From: Candidatus Hermodarchaeota archaeon
GTDB lineage: Archaea > Asgardarchaeota > Lokiarchaeia > Sigyniarchaeales > SOKP01
Direction of reading: 5' to 3'
DNA length: 64,000 nucleotides
Assembly (NCBI GenBank): GCA_048885525.1
Contig: JBHLLP010000007.1
Coordinates: 1-64,000 of the forward strand
How positions within the stretch are numbered: the first letter of the stretch is position 1; each line of letters begins with the position of its first letter. Below, piece by piece: positions 1-10,952 of the stretch. The translations under genes were made by a program, and so were the position numbers. The notes below the pieces were generated by a model, which saw only the letters and a program-made list of their open reading frames with translations, searched no databases and was not told where the DNA came from.

Positions 1-108
1 CCTCAATATACAACACTTAATCGCCTTAAAAGATTTAAAACTATTCAAGAAGCTTTTTCTAATTCGAGAAATGGTTTCAAAATGGTTCAAGTGAAGGATT
101 TTAGATAA
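1..108 (+). CDS. 3' end of a CDS running in from the window edge (possibly a NUDIX-like C-terminus)
   Basis: Open frame from base 1: PQYTTLNRLKRFKTIQEAFSNSRNGFKMVQVKDFR*, TAA at 106-108. The family guess is weak. Confidence 0.5.
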   Translation, partial: PQYTTLNRLKRFKTIQEAFSNSRNGFKMVQVKDFR

Positions 109-288
109 TATTTCAATATTCTAAAAATAAATATCTTATCTTTAGTTGAATAAATCTTGAAGATTGGTTAGGTTTCAGGTCAAATATCAAAACTTTTTTT
201 ATTTATCTTATAAAAGAATAAAAAAAGAAAGAATATTTTTTATTATTTCTTCCTTTTTTACATAAAACATTATTTATACTAATTTTAT

Positions 289-1029
289 CTAAGTATAGAA
301 GGGAAGAGTGCTAATTTTCTTTTGGATTTCGTTAAAGGGGTGTAATACCATTTTTTTTGTGAGTTCCATTACATCTTCTGTGTCAGAATAAATATTGTAC
401 CATTTTACAGACTTTCCAAAAATAGTTTTTAACATTGTCTTCTTATCGAAGAGAACATCCTTTGCCACATTTTTTGGCATATTTCCTAGTGTATCTTTAT
501 AGACTTTTTCTATAGCAGTTTTTACCTTCAATTTGGGATTAGATTGTAGTTTTTTAATTACATTATCCATATAATCTTTATATTCACTTAAATAATCGAA
601 CGTCTTATCAACATAATCAACAACTTTTTGAGCATCAATTATATTCACATCAAAACTTTGAAATGTCTTTTCAATCCTTTCTTTCGCTTTATCTACAAGT
701 CCAACTTTAATTTCTTTAATTAGAACGTCTATTGAACTATTACTGGATATCACATCATTAGCCATCTGTTCTAATCTTGAGAGTATGTCTTTTTCTATTT
801 CTATTGGTGAAGATTGAATATCTTCATGAGTATCCTTTACACCTTCGATGGTTTCAGTATCATCTTTATTCATTACATGATTCTCAGCAACTTCTTGCTG
901 TAATTGATTTCCATTTTTTTCTTCGTCTATACATGAAGGACACATTCCGTTATATGTATGTACTTCACCTATCCAGGGAACAGTATCATATATCTTTTTA
1001 CATTTCTTACAATGATGATAATTTACCAT
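289..1029 (-). CDS. Hypothetical protein with N-terminal CxxC...CxxC zinc finger and helical C-terminal region
   Basis: 246-aa ORF; CKKC...CPSC at the N-terminus, then an acidic linker and an amphipathic helical region. Confidence 0.7.
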   Translation of the reverse strand: MVNYHHCKKCKKIYDTVPWIGEVHTYNGMCPSCIDEEKNGNQLQQEVAENHVMNKDDTETIEGVKDTHEDIQSSPIEIEKDILSRLEQMANDVISSNSSIDVLIKEIKVGLVDKAKERIEKTFQSFDVNIIDAQKVVDYVDKTFDYLSEYKDYMDNVIKKLQSNPKLKVKTAIEKVYKDTLGNMPKNVAKDVLFDKKTMLKTIFGKSVKWYNIYSDTEDVMELTKKMVLHPFNEIQKKISTLPFYT

Positions 1030-1276
1030 AATTATTTCATACCTTGTTTTTTAAACATTTGATATTATTTATTTAATTCTTTTTTATAACTCAATGATCT
1101 ATTCCTAAGTACGTGGAATCATGTAATGTATTACTTCTTCAAAAGCATCTTCAATTTTAACCTCTTACACAATAATAAAGTTGTTTAAAAAAAGTTTTAT
1201 AACTTCTAAAATAAATATTTAAAAATTAAGTATGAATAGGTAATAATTAACCAATAAAATCGAAAGGTTTTGACAT

Positions 1277-2245
1277 ATGTTAAAACATGATCCAATTATA
1301 ATTGATACTCAAGATTTATGTAAGAATTATAATGGAGTCCAAGCACTTAAAAATCTTAATTTGCATGTAAGGAAAAATTCTATTTATGGTTTTTTAGGAC
1401 CAAATGGTGCAGGTAAAACAACTACTATAAAATTATTATTAGGTTTAATAAAACCGACAAGTGGCAGTGGAACTGTATTAAATTATGATGTAACAAGAGA
1501 AAATATGAAAATACGTGCTCGAACAGGATATCTCCCTCAAGAACCACGTTTTCACGAATATATGACGGCTAGAGAAGTTCTTAGATTTATTGCCCGTTTC
1601 TTCTTTTATGGACCGAAAATTGAAATTGAAAACAGAGTTTCTGAAATGTTAAGTCTTGTAGGGATTGAAAAAAAGGCAGATCGTCCAATAAAAGGCTTCT
1701 CTGGAGGTGAAAGACAACGTTTGGGAATCGCTCAGGCAATGATACATTATCCTGATTTACTAATATTAGATGAACCGACAGCTTCTTTAGATCCCTTAGG
1801 GCGTCATATGATCCTTGAATTAATGGAAAAATTAAGAGAGTTTTCGACAATTTTTTATTCAACCCATATTTTAGATGATGTGCAACGAGTAAGTGATACT
1901 GTCGGTATTTTAAACCGTGGAACTTTAGTTGCGAAGGGTAATATTGAAAAATTATTAGCAGGAAGCGAAGGGACAATTTATTTAGTAACCCTAAAAGGTG
2001 ATACTGAAACTGCATATAAAAATGTGTCCAATCAATCTTGGGTATCCAATATTAATGTCGAGAAAAAAAATAATAAAATAAAATGGCAAGTTCAAGTTAC
2101 AGACGATAATATGGCTGAAGAAAAACTCTTACGTTTAATTCTCGAAAATGAAAAGGTAAAAGTAACTGACTTTAGATTAAAACAATATGAATTAGAAGAG
2201 ATATTTCTACAAGTATTGGAGGAGGATGAAAATATCAGCAAATGA
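1277..2245 (+). CDS. ABC-2 type transporter ATP-binding protein
   Basis: Walker A GPNGAGKT, signature FSGGERQR, Walker B LLILDEP, H-loop STH. Confidence 0.95.
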   Translation: MLKHDPIIIDTQDLCKNYNGVQALKNLNLHVRKNSIYGFLGPNGAGKTTTIKLLLGLIKPTSGSGTVLNYDVTRENMKIRARTGYLPQEPRFHEYMTAREVLRFIARFFFYGPKIEIENRVSEMLSLVGIEKKADRPIKGFSGGERQRLGIAQAMIHYPDLLILDEPTASLDPLGRHMILELMEKLREFSTIFYSTHILDDVQRVSDTVGILNRGTLVAKGNIEKLLAGSEGTIYLVTLKGDTETAYKNVSNQSWVSNINVEKKNNKIKWQVQVTDDNMAEEKLLRLILENEKVKVTDFRLKQYELEEIFLQVLEEDENISK

Positions 2246-3014
2246 AAACCTTGAACAAGTAATTGAAAAGAATTGGCAAAGAAGTTTTTGGAACTTGCTC
2301 AATGTAGAATTAGGAGGATGGTGGAAAAGTAAAACTTGGATTTGGATGACTCTGTTATGGGTTGGAGTAATAAATGGAATATCTGCGCTAACTTTTATTG
2401 GAGCAGAAGATACTGATCCTGCTGCATTAATATTTTTTTATGGATTTACTAATGGATTGTTCCCTCCGATTGCTGTTATTATAGTATTACAAGAATCCAT
2501 AGTGGGAGAAAAAAAATCTGGTACTGCTTCATGGATTCTGTCTAAACCTGTATCACGTAAAATATTTATCTTTTCTAAGTGGGTTGGGAGTTCTTTGAAC
2601 ATCTTTATTACAATGGCGTTAATCCCTGGAATTGTCTCATTTTTCGAGATCACATTATTAACCGGTCGAAATTTCTCTTTTCTTTCATTTCTTATAGTGA
2701 TTTTGTTACTTGGAATGAACTTAATATTTTATATTTCCTTTACATTAATGCTTGGAACATTTCAAAATAGTGCTGGAGCAGTAGCAGCAATACCAATGGT
2801 TTTTAATTTTACCCAACAATTTCTAATGAGTATCCCATTCGTAGGATATCTATTACCGACTGCAATATTCCTTAGACCTGAGGGAAATCCATTAATAGCA
2901 TCAATAATTTTAGGGGAAGATATTTTTTCAATTCTACCAATAGTGATTACTGGAGCACTGATAATATTATTCCTGGTTATTGCCTTTTGGCGCTTTGAAA
3001 AAGAAGAATTTTAA
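2226..3014 (+). CDS. ABC-2 type transporter permease
   Basis: About 6 TM segments, GEKKSGT...LSKP motif, overlaps the ATPase gene. Confidence 0.9.
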   Translation: MKISANENLEQVIEKNWQRSFWNLLNVELGGWWKSKTWIWMTLLWVGVINGISALTFIGAEDTDPAALIFFYGFTNGLFPPIAVIIVLQESIVGEKKSGTASWILSKPVSRKIFIFSKWVGSSLNIFITMALIPGIVSFFEITLLTGRNFSFLSFLIVILLLGMNLIFYISFTLMLGTFQNSAGAVAAIPMVFNFTQQFLMSIPFVGYLLPTAIFLRPEGNPLIASIILGEDIFSILPIVITGALIILFLVIAFWRFEKEEF

Positions 3015-3069
3015 TAAATCATTAAAACTTATTAGAAAGAATTATTTTAAAAAATCTTTTAAAATTTTT

Positions 3070-3612
3070 TTACATATCTTTTATCCTTTCCAAAGCGCGT
3101 ACTTTCATGCGAGTTGTTAGTTCCTTAAAAGCCTCTTCAACATTCTCACCTGTTTTAGCAGAAGTTTCAATATAAATGCTGTCCTTATTTTCTGCATATT
3201 CCTTTACTATATCAACATCAATCGAGCGACCAATCTCTTCTATTAGGTCAACTTTATTTCCTATTATAATAAAAGGGATATTCTCTTTTAATATATCAAA
3301 CATTTCAGACAACCAAATCCCAAGCGCTTCATAGGTTTTAATCTGGGTGAGGTCAAAGATTACTAAAGCGCCATGAGTTCCTTCATAATATTGTTTATGT
3401 AAAAATTTGAACTTTTTTTGGCCAGCTATATCCCATATAACAAGTTTTGCAGAATCTTTTTTATCTATACTTATTTCTTTTGTCAAATAATTAATGCCTA
3501 TAGTTGTAATGTAATCATAAGAGAATTGATTTTTAACAAACCTATATAATATGCTAGTTTTTCCTACAGCAGGGGCTCCCAAAAGCAATACTTTAAAACT
3601 ATATCGAGTCAT
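3070..3612 (-). CDS. Rab-like small GTPase (Ras superfamily, eukaryotic signature protein)
   Basis: G1 GAPAVGKT, G2 TTIG, G3 WDIAGQ, G4 NKVD, G5 ETSAK; no C-terminal Cys prenylation motif. Confidence 0.93.
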   Translation of the reverse strand: MTRYSFKVLLLGAPAVGKTSILYRFVKNQFSYDYITTIGINYLTKEISIDKKDSAKLVIWDIAGQKKFKFLHKQYYEGTHGALVIFDLTQIKTYEALGIWLSEMFDILKENIPFIIIGNKVDLIEEIGRSIDVDIVKEYAENKDSIYIETSAKTGENVEEAFKELTTRMKVRALERIKDM

Positions 3613-3729
3613 AGAAAATACATGATTTTACGATTTTTCCACGTAAAAAAATATAATTCATAATTTTTAAAAACATTTTAGGTTAAAATCTTTAGGTTTA
3701 AATATCTGTCCTTATTTGATAAAACTAAC

Positions 3730-6700
3730 ATGACAACGATGAAAAAAAAAAGTAATCATTTGATTCTGATTATCATATTTTTCTCTTATTTCATTATTCC
3801 CTTAATTGGAATACAATTCGGTAGTTCAGATCCTTATGATCTAAATTATAATAATACTATTATGTTTGATTCATTACCATTCTCATTTACAACACAATTT
3901 AATACAGATAATATAGATTTAAAAAGTAATTCGGATTATAAAATTTCTAAGTTTGATGAATATCTTAATGAATTTTTAATAAATATCTCTTTAGCCCAAT
4001 GTGACAATCAAAATGACATAAGCATAATTATTCACTTTAAAAATTCGATACCAAAAGAAGAACGAATCGAAATCATAGATTCAATTTTTAAGGGTTATGA
4101 TTTAATAACAAATTACGATTTTATTCCTGGAATTCATCTAAATGTTAATCCAGATCAGCTTATTGAAAAAGCTAATATTATTGAACTTAATATAGCAATA
4201 ACTAAAATTTATAAATCAAGAGTCTATCCACTGCCCTATATTGATAATAATGATCTACAACCCAGTGCTTTGGATGAAGCTGATTTTTCTAATTGGTGGC
4301 TTTCTGCTATTGGAGCAGAAAATCTATCTTATAATGGAACAGGCGTAAAAGTAGCTGTGATTGATACTGGAATATATCCTCATCCTGATTTGAATATTAT
4401 CAATAATAGTAATTTTGTTTCGGATGAGCTTGAATCAGAATTTAATGACAATTTTGGTCACGGTACCCACATAGCGGGAATTATTGGGGGAAATGGGGGA
4501 GGTTCTTTTGGTCAATACATTGGTGTTGCCCCCGGTGTGTATTTAATCAATGCGAGAGCTGGAAATGCAAGTGGATTATTTGAAACAGATATAATAAAAG
4601 CTATTCAATGGAGCGCGAAACCAATAAAATCAGGCGGTGCGGGTGCTGATATTATATCTTTGAGTATTGGTGGGGGTTATCCGTATATATCAGATTCAAT
4701 AACACAAGCAATTTCGTATGCAAAAAATAATTATGGTGTTATTTTTGTATCCTCTGCAGGGAATTCTGGACCGGGATATTACACAAGTTCTACTCCTGCA
4801 TCTGGTATTGATGTCATTGCCGTGGGAGCAACAAATAAAAATGACGAATTAGCTTCATTCAGTAGCTGGGGCCCCACCTTTGGATATATTGGTCTTCCCG
4901 ATGTTGTAGCTCCTGGTGTTAATATTATCTCCGCGGATGCATTCAATTCTGTCCTTTCAAAAGTTCAAAGGTATATAGGAGATTATTTCGATTTCGCGGG
5001 TATTGCTGATTATATTCCTCTAAGTGGCACAAGTATGTCTTGTCCTGTAGTTGCGGGGGCATTAGCTATTTTATTAGAAGCATTTCCTAATCTAACACCT
5101 GAAACTGCAAGGATTGCCTTATTAGAAGGGGCACGAAAACTTGAAAGTGGGAATGATAGTGATATTCTTAAGTCTGGAGCAGGAATAATAAATGTTACTG
5201 CTTCACTTAATTATTTAACCAATTTATCTCCTGATTATAATAACACAGCAAAATTGTATCCTGATGAACTTCCTATTAAACCTTTTGATTTATTACATTT
5301 TCCAGGAGATCATCAAAAATTTAACTTAACCGTAATTTCAGGAAAAAGTAATATTATCAATATTGAAATTCCAAATAATATTCAAGGAGTTATTCTTTCA
5401 TTAGATAATTCAACTATAGAATTCTTTAAAGCAGGGGTAAAGTTTGTTGAACTTGATATTCAAATAAATCAAGATGCCTTTCCAGGGGAGAGGAAGTCCC
5501 AAATTAACCTTACAATTGGAGGGCAAATTTATGATACTGCAGAGATCACATTAGATATTCGATTGCCAGAGTATCGGATCTTAATGGATTCTTATCATGG
5601 GTTAAATGATTGGTTTCCTGAACCATTATATTCATTTTATCAAATAGGATTTTATGAAGCAATGAAAGATCTCTCAGTTTTAAATATATCAATTGATTAT
5701 TATATGGAATATTGGACTCCTGATTATAATAAAAAATGCAATAATTCAATACTGACAGAGGAAAAATTAGCTCAATATGATGCTATATTTTTACAAAACC
5801 CAATAATCCCTTATAGTCCTCTAGAAATAGATAATCTTGTACAATATTTTGAAAGTGGTGGCAATTTATTATTTTTAGGTACAAGATATCAAGATATGGT
5901 AGTAGAGAACATAAATTATTTATTTTCAAGATTGGGAGTAGATATTCAAATTAATAAAGAAAATGTAATGGATGATAATTGGCTTGGAATAGGAACAAGT
6001 GTGAGTTCCCAAAGTGTTGACCAATTTAATAATCAAGAGATTTTTAAAGATGTCTCCAAATTCTACTGGCGATATGGTAATAGTTTCACTGTTTCTAATA
6101 ATGCGAATTCTATTGCTACGATTAATAGCACAACTGTTGCTGCCATGTTCAATGGAACATCACAAGGCAAAGGCCGATTCATAGCTTTTGGAGATTTACA
6201 TTGGATTTATGATAGGTATGATTCAGCAAGTTATTCTCAGGATCATTCTAACTTATTAAAAAATGTCATCGAATTTCTTTTACCTAAAGAAGATGTATCT
6301 ATATATATCGATATAAATAAGTTCTATAGTTCAGATCCAGAAATTGATTTAACAATCTACTTGAAGAATCAAACTTCAGCAGCTCCAGTAAATGTTTCTG
6401 ATTTTACTTCATTAGAAGTGATTATTTCAAATAATTCTTTTTCTAAACAAATTATATTAAATACAACATTTTCAGAAAATGGAATTTATTTTAATAATTC
6501 ATATAATCTGCCTTATCCTAGTTTCTCACCCTATAAAATTGAAATAAATTTAGTAATTGACTCAGATAATTTTACAAAGACTTCAAAAATATTATTTTTC
6601 ATAGAGAGCGAGATTCCCAAGATTATTAATCTATCTAGCGATCTCCCTATTGATGATCTTTCTATAACAAGAGCACTTGGAGAATCAACAAATTTGATAG

Positions 6701-7749
6701 CTGAATTAGATAGTCCTTCATATGGAGATATAGAAGGGTACTTCTCAATCTATTCTTATTCATTTTATAATACAAGAGAATCTGTGAATAAAACTTTGAC
6801 ATTTAAATATTCCATACCTAATGGCGATTATAGGGCTAGTTTTACCCCATTAAATACAGATCCCTCAGGAATCGCAATCTTTTATATAATTCCAACAAAT
6901 TCTAATTATACTAATCCATATTCGCCCAGATATTCGTTTGAAATTATTAATCATCCACCTGAAATTTTAGAAGAGACTTCTAATTTCAATTATGGTGGTA
7001 GCGATACAATATACTTTGAAGATACTGAGACTGATGAAGGTACATACATTATACCAACAACTCAAGGAGATATTTTTAACTTTGAAGTTGCTGTTAGAGA
7101 TACTGTAAATTATGAAGATGATAATTCTGCCTTTAGGGTATTCACAAACTTATTCATCATCTATGGAACTGAAGATGGATATTCCTATTTCATGTATCCT
7201 CAAACCATTGAAGTAACTGAATTAAATTATCAAGCAACATCAGATACATATGAAGGATCTTATACAATACCAGAAAAAATGTTATATAGTTCAATAACTG
7301 GAATAAAATCGATATCCACAGCATCTAATTTTGATTTCAATACTAATAGAGGATTTTTAGGGGTCCTTGTTATCACTGTTTATGATAGTGAAGGCGGAAC
7401 TGACGAATTTTATATTATATTAAGGATCTCCCCACTCCCTATAGATCTTTCTCTTATTATTATAATTCTACTTTCAATAATTGCTCTTATTGGAGTAATT
7501 AGTATGATAGTTTATTATAGCAGAAAGAAAAAGTATCCAAGAGTTACTCAAGTTCAGCCAAGATATGAAGAATATTATTATAAACCATATGATGAAGAAC
7601 TGGAGGAAGAATCTTATGTCACACCCGAACCCTTAACTCAACTTGGTCCTTCAATGTATTGTCCTTTCTGTGGAGAGTTCTTGAAGGTTCCAAAGAAATT
7701 CTGTCCTCATTGCGGAGAAAGCCTAACCTTTAATCAACAGAATGAGTAG
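3730..7749 (+). CDS. Membrane-anchored S8 subtilisin-like serine protease with GIFT/DUF4350-like domain, C-terminal TM helix and cytoplasmic zinc ribbon
   Basis: N-terminal signal/TM; triad motifs VIDTG, HGTH, GTSMS; oxyanion SAGN; TM at about aa 1240-1265; CPFC...CPHC at the C-terminus. Confidence 0.92.
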   Translation: MTTMKKKSNHLILIIIFFSYFIIPLIGIQFGSSDPYDLNYNNTIMFDSLPFSFTTQFNTDNIDLKSNSDYKISKFDEYLNEFLINISLAQCDNQNDISIIIHFKNSIPKEERIEIIDSIFKGYDLITNYDFIPGIHLNVNPDQLIEKANIIELNIAITKIYKSRVYPLPYIDNNDLQPSALDEADFSNWWLSAIGAENLSYNGTGVKVAVIDTGIYPHPDLNIINNSNFVSDELESEFNDNFGHGTHIAGIIGGNGGGSFGQYIGVAPGVYLINARAGNASGLFETDIIKAIQWSAKPIKSGGAGADIISLSIGGGYPYISDSITQAISYAKNNYGVIFVSSAGNSGPGYYTSSTPASGIDVIAVGATNKNDELASFSSWGPTFGYIGLPDVVAPGVNIISADAFNSVLSKVQRYIGDYFDFAGIADYIPLSGTSMSCPVVAGALAILLEAFPNLTPETARIALLEGARKLESGNDSDILKSGAGIINVTASLNYLTNLSPDYNNTAKLYPDELPIKPFDLLHFPGDHQKFNLTVISGKSNIINIEIPNNIQGVILSLDNSTIEFFKAGVKFVELDIQINQDAFPGERKSQINLTIGGQIYDTAEITLDIRLPEYRILMDSYHGLNDWFPEPLYSFYQIGFYEAMKDLSVLNISIDYYMEYWTPDYNKKCNNSILTEEKLAQYDAIFLQNPIIPYSPLEIDNLVQYFESGGNLLFLGTRYQDMVVENINYLFSRLGVDIQINKENVMDDNWLGIGTSVSSQSVDQFNNQEIFKDVSKFYWRYGNSFTVSNNANSIATINSTTVAAMFNGTSQGKGRFIAFGDLHWIYDRYDSASYSQDHSNLLKNVIEFLLPKEDVSIYIDINKFYSSDPEIDLTIYLKNQTSAAPVNVSDFTSLEVIISNNSFSKQIILNTTFSENGIYFNNSYNLPYPSFSPYKIEINLVIDSDNFTKTSKILFFIESEIPKIINLSSDLPIDDLSITRALGESTNLIAELDSPSYGDIEGYFSIYSYSFYNTRESVNKTLTFKYSIPNGDYRASFTPLNTDPSGIAIFYIIPTNSNYTNPYSPRYSFEIINHPPEILEETSNFNYGGSDTIYFEDTETDEGTYIIPTTQGDIFNFEVAVRDTVNYEDDNSAFRVFTNLFIIYGTEDGYSYFMYPQTIEVTELNYQATSDTYEGSYTIPEKMLYSSITGIKSISTASNFDFNTNRGFLGVLVITVYDSEGGTDEFYIILRISPLPIDLSLIIIILLSIIALIGVISMIVYYSRKKKYPRVTQVQPRYEEYYYKPYDEELEEESYVTPEPLTQLGPSMYCPFCGEFLKVPKKFCPHCGESLTFNQQNE

Positions 7750-7772
7750 ATAATACCCTATTCATGAAATTT

Positions 7773-8492
7773 TTAACTTTTTTTTAAGATCAAGACATCA
7801 CCATCACGTTTTCCTATATAGACTTTAGATGTCATTCCAATAAATAAACCAGTATCAACAACTCCCGGAATAGATAAAAATCTATTATTAAGTTCGCTTG
7901 GATTATTTATTTTGCCAAAATCGACATCAATTATAAAATTTCCATTATCTGTAATTAATGGACCACTCTTTGACTGAGCCATTCTAAGAACGGGAGTTCC
8001 ACCTAATTTTTTTAATTTTGTCATTATAGGAAAATAACCCATTGGAATTACTTCAATAGGCACACCCTTTTTCCAATTTGTTCCTAATTTTTCCGAATTT
8101 TTTCTAAAATCCGCTATAATAATTAGTTCTTTTGAATTTGAAGCAATTATTTTCTCTTGTACCAAGCAACCTCCCCCTCCTTTAATTAAATTGAGATCTT
8201 TATCTATTTCATCTGCACCATCTATATCAACGTCGATTTCTGGATATTGTTCTAAAGAAACTAACTCTAACTCATTCTGGATTATTAGTTGGTATGCTTG
8301 AAATGAGCTTGGAATACATTTTAAATTTAATTTTTTTTCTTTGTTTAGCTCGCCTAATCTCTTTACTGCATAAACAATAGTTGAACCACTTCCAATACCA
8401 ATGATCATATTCTTTTTTACATTTTCTTCTACAGCTTTTATAGCAGCTTTCTTTTTTCCCAACTCTATCAATTCTTCAGTCAATATTATCAC
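7773..8492 (-). CDS. rpiA: Ribose-5-phosphate isomerase A
   Basis: GIGSGST, DGADE, IKGGGG, TDNGN and GVVDTGLF motifs. Confidence 0.96.
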   Translation of the reverse strand: MIILTEELIELGKKKAAIKAVEENVKKNMIIGIGSGSTIVYAVKRLGELNKEKKLNLKCIPSSFQAYQLIIQNELELVSLEQYPEIDVDIDGADEIDKDLNLIKGGGGCLVQEKIIASNSKELIIIADFRKNSEKLGTNWKKGVPIEVIPMGYFPIMTKLKKLGGTPVLRMAQSKSGPLITDNGNFIIDVDFGKINNPSELNNRFLSIPGVVDTGLFIGMTSKVYIGKRDGDVLILKKS

Positions 8493-8502
8493 TTTAAGTC
8501 TT

Positions 8503-8922
8503 CTATTTTAAAAGATCTAAAATTCTGATCGCCAACAAGGCGGCATTGTCGCCTCTGTCGATACCAACACTCGCAACAGGAACTCCCGGAGGCATTTGAA
8601 CTATAGATAATAAAGCATCTAAACCTCCTAACTTTGAACTTACAGGAACTCCTATAACCGGTTTATCTGTTTTAGAAGCGATTACACCAGGTAAGGCAGC
8701 TGAAAGACCTGCTACAGCAATATATATTAATGCTTCACAAGTTTTTAAGTATTCATCTAATTTTTCTGGATTTCGATGAGCAGATATTATTTGAAGGTCG
8801 TACTTTATGTTGTTTTCTTTTAAAACTTTTTCTGCTTTTTTGTAGATTTCCTCGTCTGAAGAACTTCCTGCTACTATGGAGATTAAAGTTTTTTCACTAT
8901 TGTCTATGTTTGGTTTAGACAT
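8503..8922 (-). CDS. purE: AIR carboxylase / N5-CAIR mutase
   Basis: [36 protein letters not shown] motifs. Confidence 0.95.
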   Translation of the reverse strand: MSKPNIDNSEKTLISIVAGSSSDEEIYKKAEKVLKENNIKYDLQIISAHRNPEKLDEYLKTCEALIYIAVAGLSAALPGVIASKTDKPVIGVPVSSKLGGLDALLSIVQMPPGVPVASVGIDRGDNAALLAIRILDLLK

Positions 8923-9133
8923 ATTTTATCTAAATATTCTCTAAATAAAAATAATTCTAATAGTATCTTAATAGCATTAATATAATTTTCGAAAAGAAAA
9001 ATCATACCTACGAAAAAAATACTTGCTTTTATCAAAAAGTTTAATATTTTTTTAAACTTCCAAATAATAATATCAAAAAATTAGTTTTATTAAAAGAATA
9101 AAATAATTTTACAAATTTGGAGGATATTAAAAA

Positions 9134-10417
9134 ATGCAAACAAAAGAAGTATGGTTAATTGATTATGCTCGAACTGCCTTTTCTCGTTCCAGACCTAGGG
9201 AACCTGAACGGGATGTTTTTGGCGAAATTAGAGGTGATGAGCTTCTTGCTACATTAATAATGAAATTCTTTGATGGAAAACTTGCAGATAAAGGAATTAC
9301 AAAAGAGGATATTGATGAAATCACTGTTGGAACAGCTATGGGCGTGGGAGAACAGTGGACTTATGGAGGCAGAACTGCCGCATTTTTAGCAGATTTCCCA
9401 TTTAGAACGTCTTCTGTTTTTATTGATAAGCAATGTGGTTCTGCAGGGGCGGGGATGCATATGGGAATTATGGAGATCATGACCGGTTTCAGTAAATGTG
9501 TATTATCAACAGGTATAGAACATATGACGAGAGTTTCAATGCTAAATGAATTTATTCGCCCAAATCAGAAATTGGTTGATAAGAAAAGTGAATGGTATCG
9601 CCCAAGACAAGATTTTTTAACAACTACCAACATGATTCAAACTGCACAAAAACTCTATGAACAAGAAATACCCAATTTTACCAAAGAAGATTTAGATAAA
9701 TTTGGTGTAAGAAGTCACAATTTGACAGTTAAAAGCCAAGAAGAAGGATGGTTTAAAGGTGAAATTATTCCCATTAAAGGTCATGTTGAGGGGAATGTTG
9801 AAGAACCTCTAATGGTTGACAGAGATATGGCTGCTAGAAAATCTACTTTAGAAGGTGTAGCGGGATTACGTAGGTTATCAACACCATTCTTCCTTGAAAA
9901 AAATGGAGGAAAAGCAGGATATAAAGAAAGGGAAGGAACTGGTCAAGGAGTTATTACTGCTGGAAATTCTTCACCACTAAATGCTGGCGCCACAGCTTGT
10001 ATATTAATGGAGGCAGAGGAAGCAAAAAAGAGAGGGCTTGAACCGTTAGCTAGAGTGGTCTCAATCGGCTTTGCCGGAGTTGATCCTACTGTGATGGGAC
10101 GAGGGCCTGTACCGGCATCTGAAATGGCTCTAAAGCATGCTGGTTTAAATGCAGATGATATTGATTATTGGGAAATTAATGAAGCTTTTACGATAGTCGC
10201 TTTAAACTGTATGAAAGTTTTAAATATTCCTGAAGAGAAAGTTAATGTGAAGGGTGGTGCTACAGCGATCGGACATCCTTTAGGTGCTACTATGGTTAGA
10301 TTACCAGGTACTCTTGCTCGAATCTTAAAAGATAAAAAAGCTAAATATGGGATCGCTAACGCCTGTGTTGGTGGTGGTCAAGGCGTTGCAACCTTATTAG
10401 AAAATTTAGATGCTTAA
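9134..10417 (+). CDS. Acetyl-CoA C-acyltransferase (thiolase)
   Basis: Active Cys in QCGS, EINEAF, GHPLGA, CVGGGQG; GGAGG SD upstream. Confidence 0.95.
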   Translation: MQTKEVWLIDYARTAFSRSRPREPERDVFGEIRGDELLATLIMKFFDGKLADKGITKEDIDEITVGTAMGVGEQWTYGGRTAAFLADFPFRTSSVFIDKQCGSAGAGMHMGIMEIMTGFSKCVLSTGIEHMTRVSMLNEFIRPNQKLVDKKSEWYRPRQDFLTTTNMIQTAQKLYEQEIPNFTKEDLDKFGVRSHNLTVKSQEEGWFKGEIIPIKGHVEGNVEEPLMVDRDMAARKSTLEGVAGLRRLSTPFFLEKNGGKAGYKEREGTGQGVITAGNSSPLNAGATACILMEAEEAKKRGLEPLARVVSIGFAGVDPTVMGRGPVPASEMALKHAGLNADDIDYWEINEAFTIVALNCMKVLNIPEEKVNVKGGATAIGHPLGATMVRLPGTLARILKDKKAKYGIANACVGGGQGVATLLENLDA

Positions 10418-10598
10418 ATTCTTTAAAAAATTAAATTTCTATCTCTTTTTTTAATTTTTATCCTTTTATTTTTAAATAATTTTTATCTTTAGTCTATATA
10501 TATCAGATACTCCAGATTTATGTCTTTTCTGCGAAATATTTAAATATTAACCTATAACAAATTAACTTACCAAAAAAAAAATTGAATGTGAAATCAAA

Positions 10599-10805
10599 AT
10601 GCCTGTCTATAAGAGTATTCAATTAGTTGGGACTAGTGATAAAAATTGGGCAGATGCTGTCAAGAATTGTTACGACGAGGCAAAAAAGTCTTTACGTGGT
10701 ATTCGAAACATCCAGATTATTGAATCTGATGTAAAAGTTAAAGAAGATATCGATAAACTCATTTATCGTGTCAGAGTTCAAGTAAATTTCCAATTAGAAA
10801 GGTAA
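10599..10805 (+). CDS. Dodecin family protein
   Basis: 68 aa; VYKSIQLVGTS..W.DAV, SLRGIR, YRVRVQVNF. Confidence 0.88.
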   Translation: MPVYKSIQLVGTSDKNWADAVKNCYDEAKKSLRGIRNIQIIESDVKVKEDIDKLIYRVRVQVNFQLER

Positions 10806-10952
10806 ATTTATAAAAAAAATTTTATTTTTTTTCTACTTTTAAATTTCAATCTTGAAATTTGACTTTAAAAAAAGGATAGAGCCAAATTTAATGGTCAAAT
10901 TTTAAATATTACGAGTTCTATTTAGATTTTATAAATTCAAGAAAGGGAAATT

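Noticed and set aside
1085-1170. Minus-strand fragment KIEDAFEEVIHYMIPRT as a gene remnant
   Set aside because: Too short, no start codon, and no identifiable source gene.
3613-3650. Inverted repeat and in-frame upstream GTG...TAA before the Rab-like gene as another start-proximal intron
   Set aside because: No 4-bp central helix with 3-nt bulges can be drawn, and the gene already has a good ATG with a complete G1 motif.
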